In this document: piece after piece, positions 36,757 to 47,650 of the stretch | How positions within the stretch are numbered: the stretch's first letter is position 1 | Layout: each line of letters starts with the position of its first letter | DNA from: Callorhinchus milii | Taxonomy: Eukaryota | Assembly: GCF_018977255.1 (NCBI RefSeq) | Contig: NW_024704779.1 | Location: 248,001 to 312,000, forward strand | Length of the DNA: 64,000 nt | Reading direction: 5' to 3' | Notes under the pieces: generated by a model | Database searches by the model: none | Seen by the model: only the letters and a program-made list of their open reading frames with translations | Told to the model about the DNA's origin: nothing | Translations under genes and position numbers: made by a program

Positions 36757-38783
36757 TTAATTTTTTTTGCAATGAATCAGAGTAAAGGGATATTTAAACA
36801 CCTTCTTCATGTCCTCTCTAAACTTAGACTGGGTCACCGCATAGATACATGTGTTTGTACAGGAACTCAAAAGCTTAAGCATAAATCCCGTCTGTTGGAA
36901 GATATGTCGAGAGCTGTTGACTTGTGCTTCATAATTGTAGTTTGTAATTGGCCATTTCAATGTATAGATAATATTCGTCATCCATAATAGTAGAAAACTC
37001 GCTGATATACTAAAAAGTAAAATAATGGATTTTCTTCGCTTTTCCATCTCTGGATCTTTCTGTTTCTCCCCATTCTCATTGACACGGATTCTCCTGCGGA
37101 TTCTGCTGGCTAATAAAATGTGTCTGATAGTCAGAGAATTAAAGAGGGAAATCAAAACTAAAACAACTAGAGGAGTGAACACTCGGTAGGACCATGTAAA
37201 CACTTTCCAAATTGGCAGACTATAATAGCTTGCTTTCCCAGTACAGTAAAATGGGAAATTATTAATGATCACCAAATGAGTAAATGCAAAGTACCAAGGT
37301 GCACTTTGGACACAGTTTATCGCACTCACTGTTATAATAATGCAAACAGCAGTTTTCACAGAGCAATATGCAGTTTTTATCTTCTGACGACAAATGGCCA
37401 CAAAACGATCGAAAGTGAAAGCAGCTGTAAACCAGACAGAACATTGTGTGGCGAAAACCAGCAGAACAGCTCTGATACTGCACACCGGAGTGTAAAATAA
37501 GAAACTAATAGGGAAATAAAAAATATTTATGCGATTGAATAATACGTCAGTGATAATGACCATCAGATCTGCCGCTGCCATGGCCACCAAGTAGAGAGTG
37601 ACGCCTTTGGAGAGACCGCAATTTCCCCGGGCCAGGATCAGAATCGCCAACAAGTTAACTATGGATAAAGTAATAAAAGAGAAATAACGACCAGAAGCCT
37701 CATAGTATGTGGGTCAGGGACTTCAAAACTGTTAGAATGGGTTCTTTGTATGATGAGTAATTTTGTTAGCGAATCAGATTTTGGGACATCAATTTCGTCA
37801 AAGAAGCAATGAATCAATTTACTCATTTTCTTTCTTCGTTTGCCAGAACACCGATCAAAATGCAATTCTTTATTCAAAGTGTCATTGCTTTATTACAGTC
37901 AACCAACTAGTCAAATAGGATCTCTGTCTCATCGGAAGGAAGGCACATTCAACAATGCAAAGCATTTCCATTTCTGCACTCCTGTGTCAGACTAGACTAT
38001 GTGTGTTAGAATACTGTCGTGTGCTCCTTGGGGCTGACCTGGTTTTAAATTGGCTTGCATCACAAAGTAATACCGGAAGCGAGTCAGGTGCATTATCAGA
38101 GATGCTGTACTTTAGATAAAATTTTGAACCGAGTTACCATAATCTGAAGGACAGCATCTCTGATAATCCAACCCTTCTCAATATTGCAATGTGAGCCTTG
38201 GTTGTGTGCTTAACTTACCAAAATGGATCTTGAACTGATATTCAGGGTGTGAATTGCGGGTATTGGTGGAAAATAGCCAGCTGTAAAGAGCATGGATGGC
38301 AATCAAATATGCTATCTCGCCTGCTTTGCTGCTCTTCCTTGATATCGCAACAACCTACGAGTTAAGGGATTCGGCTTTCAGCGTTGAAAGGTGCAGAGGG
38401 TAACAACCCGATTCCCTCAAGGTTCTACTGGTGAGCCAGGATGACACGGCTTATCTATGATCAGCAATATTCTGGTGTAACATAACTCCGACTTCTGACT
38501 CACGAACCTGGCTCATCAACCAAAACATCGACATTGTTCTGAAATTCATTTCCCAAGTATTTCTTCATGGAACCTGTTCAGTTCCAAGGAGAACACACTT
38601 CACTTCACCCTCCACCAACCGTGAAGGATTGAGTGTTTTCACTGAGCCACACAGAACACCAATTAACAGAATGCACAGCGAGTCAACGACTTTCATAATA
38701 ATTCATATCTCACCAGGAACTCCAACTATAGCAAGAATGGGGTAGTAAATTACTTCCACGTCATATATTGTTAAATATACCAT
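36757..38783 (-). CDS. GPR139/GPR142-like class A GPCR, intact; exons 38714..38783 and 36757..37658 (323 aa)
   Basis: Exon 1 MVYLTIYDVEVIYYPILAIVGVP G|gtgaga; acceptor ccatag|TT AAC; 7 TM with TFDRFVAIC and LLSSCTNTCIY. Confidence 0.93.
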
Positions 38784-40123
38784 GTTTTCAAGCAGACAAG
38801 CCCACGTTCGTTCTTTCTGCAGGATGGTTCCTCTGAACAGAATGAATTGAACTTTATAACAACTGTAAGCCTCCAGGGAAGAATTAATTGGTATCATGAC
38901 TGATGTCATTTTACGGTCATTGAACACATATATTGCATCCAAAACAACTCTCTGATATGTGACAAAGAACAACAGAAAAAAATGTGAACTGGACACTGAG
39001 AATTTCTGTCTTCATTCACGAACAAATATATTTACTTTTATTTTAAGTTGGTGAGACCCATGAGTTATCTGTCTTAAGTTATTTATTCGCGAAATTTTTC
39101 TTAGATTTTTCGCGAAGAATGCACTTTTAGACGTCATTCTGACGTGTCCTCTCCACCTGAAAAGCTTTGGCTAATGCGAAGATTCCTCTCTTTCTATGAA
39201 TATCGTGTTTTTATTTGTGAGATACACAGTATGTGAGAGAGACAAAGGGAGAGTGTTAGATATAAAATGTTTGAGAAATTAGAGCCTGAGAGTATGGGAG
39301 ATGAAGTGCGACAGAGAGAGAGAAAGAGAAAAAAAGAAAGAAAGAGATTATTATATGAGGATCACATGAGAAGATTACATTTCAAAAAAATATATTTTCA
39401 AACATCATTCAATATCTGCGGATTCTCTGTTACAGTTTCTTCACTTTCGTTCAAAATGTCACTTAATCCATCACAAAAACAGCAATTTGCCTTGAGTTTT
39501 GTCTTTCATACCGGGAAGAGGACTCACTCATGTAAAGCACATTTGTGAACTTCCACTGGAAGCTTTCACTTAGGATGTCCACAATCGTGGAAACTAACGT
39601 GATGCTGAAAGGAATACTATAGTACAGCACATGAGTTTGTTGATACAACACAAGGCAATATTCAAAGACCGTGAGCTGGACCAGGAGGAGGTGAAAGCCT
39701 GAAACCCATATTCAATACGTAGTAAATAAAAGGTCAAAAATATGAGCATATAAAAATTTCTAGGCGAAAGGAACCAAGGTCCACCGAGTTTACCTGCGAC
39801 CATCGAGTTTACCTTCAAATCAATTGAGCGACAGAGACATGTCTGTATACAATTTTGCCAGAAGAAAACTGCTTTTGGTTGATGTAATTGCTGTCACAGT
39901 GAAGCCCTGGGTTGTCGTGAAATGAATACATTTGTAAGTAAGATATTCAAAGATAAAATCTGAATAGAACGAGATAGAAACACTGACCGCTGTGAGACAT
40001 GGGATTGTTTGCTAATCCGGCTTCATGTTCTCCCACACCGGATATTTAAATGAAGTACAAAAGGCTTTAAAGTTTGATTCGGATGATATCAGCAACTAAT
40101 TCAGAACATTTTTTTTGTTCAGC

Positions 40124-40445
40124 GAGTCCAGTAGCTCAGTGGTAAGGGCAGTCGCCTTGCAAGCGAGACACCTGTGGTCAATTCCAGGCAGGGCGAAACC
40201 TTGTTAAAGTTTCCTAACTCCACGCGCCTGATAATAATCCCTCCAAAAAAAGAAACAACAATTGATTGGTCATTTTAAATCCACGACTGTTTGTTGGACT
40301 GCTTGCGCAATTGGCGGCCGTGTTTCGCCCACATATACACGGTGACTTCACTTTGCATTATATTTTCGGAAGCGCTTGGAGACGTCTAGAATTCGTGAAC
40401 AGCGCTATATCAAATCCAAAGATTATTATTTATTATTTATTATTG
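40124..40445 (+). mobile_element. DeuSINE-like SINE (paralog at 54780..55100)
   Basis: Same head, core and tail as 32908. Confidence 0.85.
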
Positions 40446-40592
40446 TCGTAGAATAATTTGGAATGAGGTTAGAAATACAGGAATTACGTAATCGCAGAGA
40501 ATCATCAGTTATGCTATTCACGCTGAGCTGCAATGCTTACAAATAAATATTTCGAAAAAGTTGAATGATTCCAGAAAACGTTACAGACAAAA

Positions 40593-40666
40593 TTTTCTGT
40601 GAGGCGATTGATTAGCGCCGTTGGCATTTAACTGAAAGGTTGGTGATTCAAGCCCAACTAGGGACG
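40593..40666 (+). pseudogene. tRNA-Asn pseudogene
   Basis: tttctgtgaggcgattgattagcgccg...ttaactgaaaggttggtgattcaagcccaactagggacg. Confidence 0.75.
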
Positions 40667-41039
40667 ACACGCTCCTGGATTAAATATATTATTTTTAATT
40701 TTTTCTTTGCACTTGAAAGAAATCGTGAAAATGTGATTGACTCTGCGGTCTTTATTTTCTAAACACTGCAAAACATTCCGCAAAACCTTCATTGGTGAAT
40801 GGGAATTTTTTTTGCTTTTTCTTGGAAATCGAAAGGATTTCTACATCCTGTCATCGGCACGCATTCGAAATTCAAGAACAAATTACTAGTGAGAAGATTT
40901 TTAACTCTTGCTGATGAATGGAATTGCTGTAGCTGGTGAAACTACTGAAATTAGTGGAACTAATTGAATCAAAGTGATCGAAGGGCCAATGACACTGTGT
41001 TTATCGTATATTATAATGAATGCCCAATTGTTTGACCGC

Positions 41040-41835
41040 AAGATGGTAGAACGAAGAATGTCGTCAGACTGGGAAAGTAATACCAGAGGAGTCCAATAAG
41101 GATTTCCTTTTGGGACTATTTTGTTTAATATGTTTATTAATCATCTTAAACCAGCAGTCACAAGCCCAGTGGCTAAGTTTGCATGTGACACCAATCTAAC
41201 GACAGCAGTTGATTTGAAAGCTGAACAAGATAGGTTACAGGAGGAAATGAACAAGCTTGGGAATGCGGCCGATCAGCGGGAGATGAAACTCAATGTGGAG
41301 AAATGTAAAGTACTCCACATGGGGACAAAATAGACCTGTAATGGACTATTCTTTGGTTAGAAAAAAAAAGTATGGAAAATAAAAAGAATCTGAGGGTCCT
41401 GATTGACAATAAACGAAAGCTTTCCCAACAATGCTCTGTGAAAGTGATTAAAGCAAACTAGATTTTCGTATGTATCAAAAGGTGAATAGCAAGCCGAAAT
41501 AGTAGTGTTATCATGCCATTGTGCAAACTATTGCTGAGAACCTACTTAGGCTGCAGTGCACAGTTCTGGTCGACGCAGTACCAAAATGATGTCAAATAAT
41601 TCAAAAGATACAGAGGAATGCGAACAAAATGTTTGACAGAATGGAAGGATTGGACAATGAGCAGTGACAAAGTCAATTCGGCACGGAACTCAAACACTAT
41701 TTCGGTGAGCAATAGAGAACTAGTGGAAGAGTCTGGAAAGAGAAGATTGACAGGATTTAAGATATAAAGTGGAGAGACAATATATATCACGCGATGCTGA
41801 TTCAACTTGTCCAGAAAGGTAAAACTAGAGGACAT
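41040..41835 (+). mobile_element. CR1 LINE RT fragment (truncated in this copy)
   Basis: LFNMFINHL, KFACDTNL (decayed FADD), LQEEMNKL..W.MKLNVEKCKVLHMG. Confidence 0.85.
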
Positions 41836-42479
41836 TAAGGTCAGAGGTACATTGCTGAGGAGAATGCATTATCTCAACTAGAGGAGAATGCATTATCACA
41901 TCTTCGAGACGTCTCAAAGCGCTTCCTTGGATGACTCTCAATTGTGTTGACAATATATATGGTCGGTGAAATGTGGCAGCCAATTCCGCACAGCTATTTC
42001 CCCAAATCAGTTGTGGATTTATTGCTCAATTTATTATTAGTTTTTAAAGTGAATGTTACACCCTGAATAAGCAGACTGCCAGTCGACTTGCAACTGTGAT
42101 CCTACTTGCTGCTCAGCAAACAGAGGCACATCGAGTAGGAAAATTTGCCCAACATTTGCCCAGCTGGGAATCGAACCAAGTCTCTCTTGGGAGGCGAGAG
42201 CTCCAACGAATTAGCTACATTACTACAATGGACTGAAATGGTCTTTACAAGATGTTTTCCTTTATATGTAAAGCAATGAAAGTAGAGTTCGTTGCAGCGC
42301 TTTGCTATTGTCCTTATGCCGCTGTAATAGGTGGATTGAGTAAACAATTTACTATTATTATTTTTTAAAGAGATCATTAGCCCAGAAAAAGCGATCCGCC
42401 AATCGATAACCAACTGCGCTCCTACTAACTAAAAATCAAACAGAGGCGTGTGGAGATGGGAATCTTGCCGAATCTCGCG

Positions 42480-42800
42480 GAGTCCTGTAGCTCAGTGGTT
42501 AGAGCACTCGCTTTGCAAATGAGAGACCTGAGTTCAATTCCAGTCAGAGGGCGAAACCTTGGGCAAGTTTCCTTACTCCACATGCCGAATAATAATCCCT
42601 CCAAAACCCCAAAAAAATAAGAAATTGGTCATTTTCAATCCATGATTGTTTGTGGGACATTGCTGTGCGCAATTGGCTGCCGCGTTCGCCCACAAATATA
42701 CAGTCAATTCACTTTACAGTGTGTTCTGTGAAGCGCTTTGGGACGTCCTCCCGACGTGAAAAGCGCTATATCAAAATGCAAGGATTATTATTATTATTGC
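42480..42800 (+). mobile_element. DeuSINE-like SINE, full length, young-looking
   Basis: gagtcctgtagctcagtggttagagcactcgctttgcaaatgagagacctgagttcaattcc...aagcgctttgggacgtcctcccgacgtgaaaagcgctatatc. Confidence 0.9.
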
Positions 42801-42978
42801 CCAACATTTTGCCCGGTTGCGAATCAAACAAAAATCCCTCACTTGCGAGCAGAGATTTCTAACATCTAAGCTACGGGCCTTCAATGGACTGAAATCGTCT
42901 TGAAAAGAGGTTTTCGTTTATATGTAAAACAACGAAAGCAGAGTTGGTTGGGGTAACATTGTGGCTCAGCGTTAGCTC

Positions 42979-43017
42979 TGTTCCTGTACAGGGATTTCAT
43001 TGCCTTGCAGCACTGTG
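42979..43017 (-). promoter_or_regulatory. 23-bp-spacer recombination signal sequence of V1
   Basis: CACAGTG + ctgcaaggcaatgaaatccctgt (23 nt) + ACAGGAACA (degenerate nonamer). Confidence 0.88.
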
Positions 43018-44070
43018 CCTCTGACCTTAAGCCACAATGGTACGTGGCAGCGTCAGTGACAGTTACACTGGGAATGATTAATGTAGTTTCTCTCTTATTC
43101 TTGTCAAACTGTGAAGTGAAACGGCGTTTGGTAAAATCTGCAGTGTTGCCAATTACATCAGTAAGCCGGTAGAGAATGTATTGGGGAGCGAGGCCTGGGT
43201 GATGTCTGTAACAGTACAGAGCAGCAAAGGACGAACTGGCGGTATATGAGCAGCTCAGACTCACTGTGTCTCCCTCTTGTTTGCTCAGCACCGCTAAATC
43301 TTGTCTGACTAAATCTCCCTGCACCTCATCTACCACAAGAGAAATGGATCAAATTCAAGCATGGCGCTATTGTAGTCCTGTAGCTAGGGGGTAAGTGCAC
43401 TCGCCTCGCAAGTGACAGGAATTGGTTTCCACTCCTTGGCAGGACAGGGAGAAACCTTAGGCCTTACTCCACGCACAGGCTTCCGTTTACCTAACAATAC
43501 GATGGGATTCCGTTGTTATACGATTGGTGGAATCTTTTTCCGAGCATAATAACGCACAACAAAGAAAATATTGTCTCTCAATCCACGGCTGTTTATGGAA
43601 TACTGCTGTGTACAATTCGCTGTCTCGTATCGACCACAATATCAAATTATTTCACTTGACAGTGTATCCTGAGAAGCGAGTTGAACCACCGCTAATACAT
43701 GATAAGGCACAATATGAAATGCAAGGTTTATAATTATTCTTTTTATTCTTATAACTTTTATATTTTCCTTCCCACTATCACAATATTTATAGTTAATTCA
43801 CTTTACAGTGTATTCTATGCAGCGATTTCAGACTTCTCGAAGACGTGATTAGTGGCTGTATCAAACGCAATGATTAATATTTTTGTTATATTTACCTTTT
43901 CACGAATGCGGCTCCCAACATAGTTTGAGAGACAAAGCCACGAATGTCAAGCAAATTCAGATGTCCCTGTTTGATAAAGGCTCTACATCAATGATAGTCT
44001 CTGTTGTATGTTAAACAATCTCACCTGCCATAAAGCTAAATAGGTGAAGGAGGTCGATGTACAGTGGCAT
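43018..44070 (-). CDS. TCR alpha/delta-type V gene segment V1; leader 44025..44070, V exon 43018..43329; conserved Trp replaced by Cys
   Basis: Leader MPLYIDLLHLFSFMA G|gtgaga; acceptor gtggtag|AT GAG; DLVRQ...VSLSC...ALYCYRHHPG...TLIIPSVTVTDAATYHCGL; adjacent RSS. Confidence 0.85.
43373..43745 (+). mobile_element. Diverged DeuSINE-like SINE inside the V1 leader intron
   Basis: gtcctgtagctagggggtaagtgcactcgcctcgcaag head; ctgtttatggaatactgctgtgtacaattcgctg core; gcacaatatgaaatgcaagg tail. Confidence 0.7.
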
Positions 44071-45077
44071 TGTCGTTCTTCAACAACAACTATTGCCATC
44101 AGAGTTTGATGATGGAAAGTGTTTGTCGACGGTGACGGATTTCAAAGTCACAGCCGTGACCTCACAGCAGTGTTTCATTGACAAGCTCACCCACTGCTTG
44201 TGGTCAGGCTGATAACTGCGGGCGTTGGGCTGCACTCATTCACCTGATCAGTTAGTTCAAATCCACCAACACGGTCACAAAATTGCTGTGAATAAAGCTT
44301 TGGTGAGAAAGAATCATAATAATCATTGCAGTTCGTAAAGCGTCATCGAGACAACAATTAGAAAAAACAAATTGCTTTAAATAACACCTATTATGACAGT
44401 ACAAGGAACCGAGTCACTGGACATTGAAGCGTTTTGCCCTCGAGCTGCTCTTTGATATGTGAGATGGGTGAAGTACACGGTGAGTGGAGGGACCGTCATC
44501 GAAGACAAGGTTGAAAAGGAAGGTGGTGAGATGGGCAACAAAGGAGGCAATGGGACAGAAACATTTGATTACATTTCTGATTACAATAGATCATCTTACA
44601 CCTTTACATGCTACCACGGTGTCTGCCACCCAACCTCAGCGACCTCCACAAAAACTACAAATCCGGAGACTCACTTCTTCTGTCAGGGATATCGATAATC
44701 GTTTCGAGTCGTTCCGTGGAATCTCTTCATCATCGTGAACAGTCACCCATTGAGTGACCAACATTATGGTTGAAGGGCTTATTACCAACGGGATAAGCGA
44801 TCTGCTCCATGCAATTATATAAAACAACGGAAACATGATTTGCTTTAATTTTATTTGCAAGCGGCATTAAATCAACACCTGGACATGTAACCGATTCATT
44901 AATTACACTCTGCATTTATGTGACAGTTAAGGCTGTGAACGTTTAGCTGACAAGTTGATGTGAGGTGAATGTGGTGTCCTCTGAGTCTGTCTACAGACAA
45001 GTCTGCTCCCCGCAGGGCCTCAAAGCCTGACCAAGTTTCCTCACACACTTCAACAGACAGATGTACAAAGTGAAGAG

Positions 45078-45116
45078 AGTTTTTGTACGAGACTTGCAGT
45101 GCAGTCTATCACTGTG
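45078..45116 (-). promoter_or_regulatory. 23-bp-spacer recombination signal sequence of V2
   Basis: CACAGTG + atagactgcactgcaagtctcgt (23 nt) + ACAAAAACT (near-consensus nonamer). Confidence 0.95.
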
Positions 45117-46046
45117 GTGAGACTAAAGGCACAGTAATACATAGCGTTGTCGGACACCTGCAGCTCAGAGATGGATAAACTGGTGAAGGAACTGGATTTG
45201 TATTGTTGAGCAGAGCAACGATTTCCAAATCCTGTTCCTTTGTCTTGATTGTCTTTCCAAGAATATGTCACAACTATAAACTCTGGGTGCCTTTCTCGGT
45301 AATGTCGGTACCATAAGAGAATGTAATTGCTTCCAGTTGAGGGAAATGTACATTCAAAAGTGGCAGTCTCTGTTTCTTTCCTAACTATCTGGGCAACTTT
45401 CTGACTGACAGAATCCCCATCACAGAGGTCTGAAATAAACATGGAAGAAAACGACAATTCGTTAATCACTATTTTTCTCAATTATTGCTTTCAGCGTCTC
45501 GGGACGTTATCCTGATGAGAAAGGCACTAATCATATTGTATTTGTTAATAATGAAATAGTAATAATCAGTGTATATTACATAACAGATTATCACAATTGC
45601 GCACAGCAGTGTCCCACATTTATTCACGGAAAGAGTTGTCAAATTACTATTTTTAATTTTGAATGTATTTTTGTCCCCGGAAAAGAGATCCGCCAATCCA
45701 CTAATAAGGTTTGGTAAATTATTATTATTCAGTTGATATTATTACCGCTTTTGTTAAAACCGTTGATGAGCAAACAAAGTTATTCTGATTGCTAGGTAAA
45801 CAGAGGCGTGTAAGTGGTGTAAGGAAACGTGCCTAAGTTTTCGTCCTGTCCCGTCCGGGAATCGAACCCAGGTCCTCTGACTTGAGAGGCGACTGCACTA
45901 AAGACTTAATTACAGGTCTCCCTGCAAACAATTTTGTTGAATTGGTACTGACATTCAGCAGCAACACTGAATTAGCTCAACACATCCTCACCTGAAATAA
46001 AGGTTCCCAGCACAAGACAGACAGCAAACAGCCTCGTTGCTGCCAT
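45117..46046 (-). CDS. TCR alpha/delta-type V gene segment V2, apparently functional; leader 45992..46046, V exon 45117..45429
   Basis: Leader MAATRLFAVCLVLGTFIS G|gtgagg; acceptor tttcag|AC CTC; DSVSQ..ATFEC..LLWYRH..PEFI..LSISELQVSDNAMYYCAFS with both Cys and Trp conserved. Confidence 0.92.
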
Positions 46047-47289
46047 TCAGTCTGTGTGGTTGTGTCTATGGCATCAGTTTGATTTTCCTCTCTCCATATC
46101 TGCTGCCTATCCTACTGTGTACTTCCAGCAATCTGTTTTTATTTAAAATTATCAGCATCTGAAGTATTTGACCTTTTCCCCATGAAATTGGCAATGATTT
46201 TTGAACAGGGAAATTATTAATTGCCATAGATAGCTTTGTCATACGTATAAATCTGTGCTGTGTTCGGCAGCGTTTTCTTTCATTAGTTTCAATTACTATA
46301 AAAATCAGATAATATACCAGAATTCTTCCGGTCTCATTCACGTATGCCAAATATCCTTTAGTAATCCAGTAAGCGATATCAAAGCGCCAAACCATTTGGG
46401 GACAATAAATTGGGGCGTACATTTCTTTACAACTCCTGATTAGTTAGCCTCATACAGAATGCAGAATCCAGTTATTTTCTGAAATGTTTCATCTTGTCTT
46501 ATCAACCAGGATCTCTCTACAAAACATTAGCAATAGCACAGTTTTCCTGAGAAAAGATGAGTGTAATATTCAAACTGAAAAATATTTTAGTTGATTATCT
46601 TAGACCGTGTTTTAAAAAAAATCCAAAGATATTACATGTAAACCAAGAAAAGGGAATAACAATTTTGTAAATTCGATTAATTATTTGTTATCTATTGTAA
46701 GCATGGTGCATCACTGAAATATGTGACTAAACCTTCGGTGTGTTAAGTAGTATTGCACATTATTGCTAATGTTGGTGGCAAATCACAGTCATCTTCTCCG
46801 TACACAATAGGGATGTCGAAGACCAGAAAACACAATATCAAGAAAATTCTTTAAAAATCCAAGTCACAAGAAATTACTTGAAGTACAAAGCTCTTATTGC
46901 ACAGCTTCCAAAATAAGCCTCAACGTGGTATTTCTCAATCAGCTCATCTCCAAATAGCCAAACTGTTTGAAAAGCCCCGAACCGTATGTAAAATTTGTGA
47001 TCTATTCAAATTTGTAGAAGTTTATAAAAGAGTCAGAGAAACATACAACACCTTAGAGTCCATTCGACCCTAAAGTCTGCACCAACTATTTGATGAACGT
47101 ATGCATTCTGTTTTACTGACGTGTTTAACCTCATAATTTTTAAGGGTCTATTCTTCACATTTGTATCTAGTCTGCTCTTCAGTGGCAAAATGGTATATGA
47201 CTCTGTCACGATAATCGACAGGGCATTCTTTATTCGAGCATTATTATGAGTAAAATGGATCATCAAAGCTCTCTAATTCGCTCTTCTTG

Positions 47290-47650
47290 CGGCTAACGTA
47301 AACCAAATTCAGCGAATATCGAATGGTTCCTATGGATTCTCACCGCACATTTTCAAAATCCCTCATTTGGTTTCCTCACTGAACTCCCTTATCTTCTCTT
47401 TTCCAAGTAAAATAGACCCAACTTGTTCAATATTTCTTCACAACCAAAGACCCTCAACCTTCGAAGCATTCGTGTAAAGCTTCCCTGCAACTCTCCAAAC
47501 CTTTAGCTTGTTTCCCGAAAAGATGTGGCCAAAACTGAATGCAGAAACACAGATGCGCCTTAAGGAATGTTATGTACAAAGTTAGAAATTCTCTTTGCTC
47601 CAGTGTGAATGCGAAGAAATGTACTGACAATAACCGCTTGGAGTTCAAAA
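47290..47650 (-). mobile_element. CR1 LINE ORF2 fragment
   Basis: Reverse strand reads LKAHLCFCIQFWPHLFGKQAKGLESC, a decayed RPHLEYCVQFWSP-like motif. Confidence 0.6.

Larger units (their letters stand above)
33916..41835 (+). repeat. Segmental duplication copy A (~7.9 kb)
   Basis: Colinear and near-identical to 48370..56511 from gagttaacttttcaaaatgg to aaaactagaggacat. Confidence 0.95.

Noticed and set aside
42480-42560. tRNA-Ala(TGC)-like sequences at SINE heads (also 11700, 32908, 40124, 54780, 57148, 2450)
   Set aside because: No 3' acceptor strand; each runs into the SINE body and L2-like tail, so they are SINE promoters, not tRNA genes
43885-43950. Candidate V1 leader ending at an AG|GTAAAT donor
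   Set aside because: The phase-1 reading contains an in-frame stop; the exon at 44025..44070 fits
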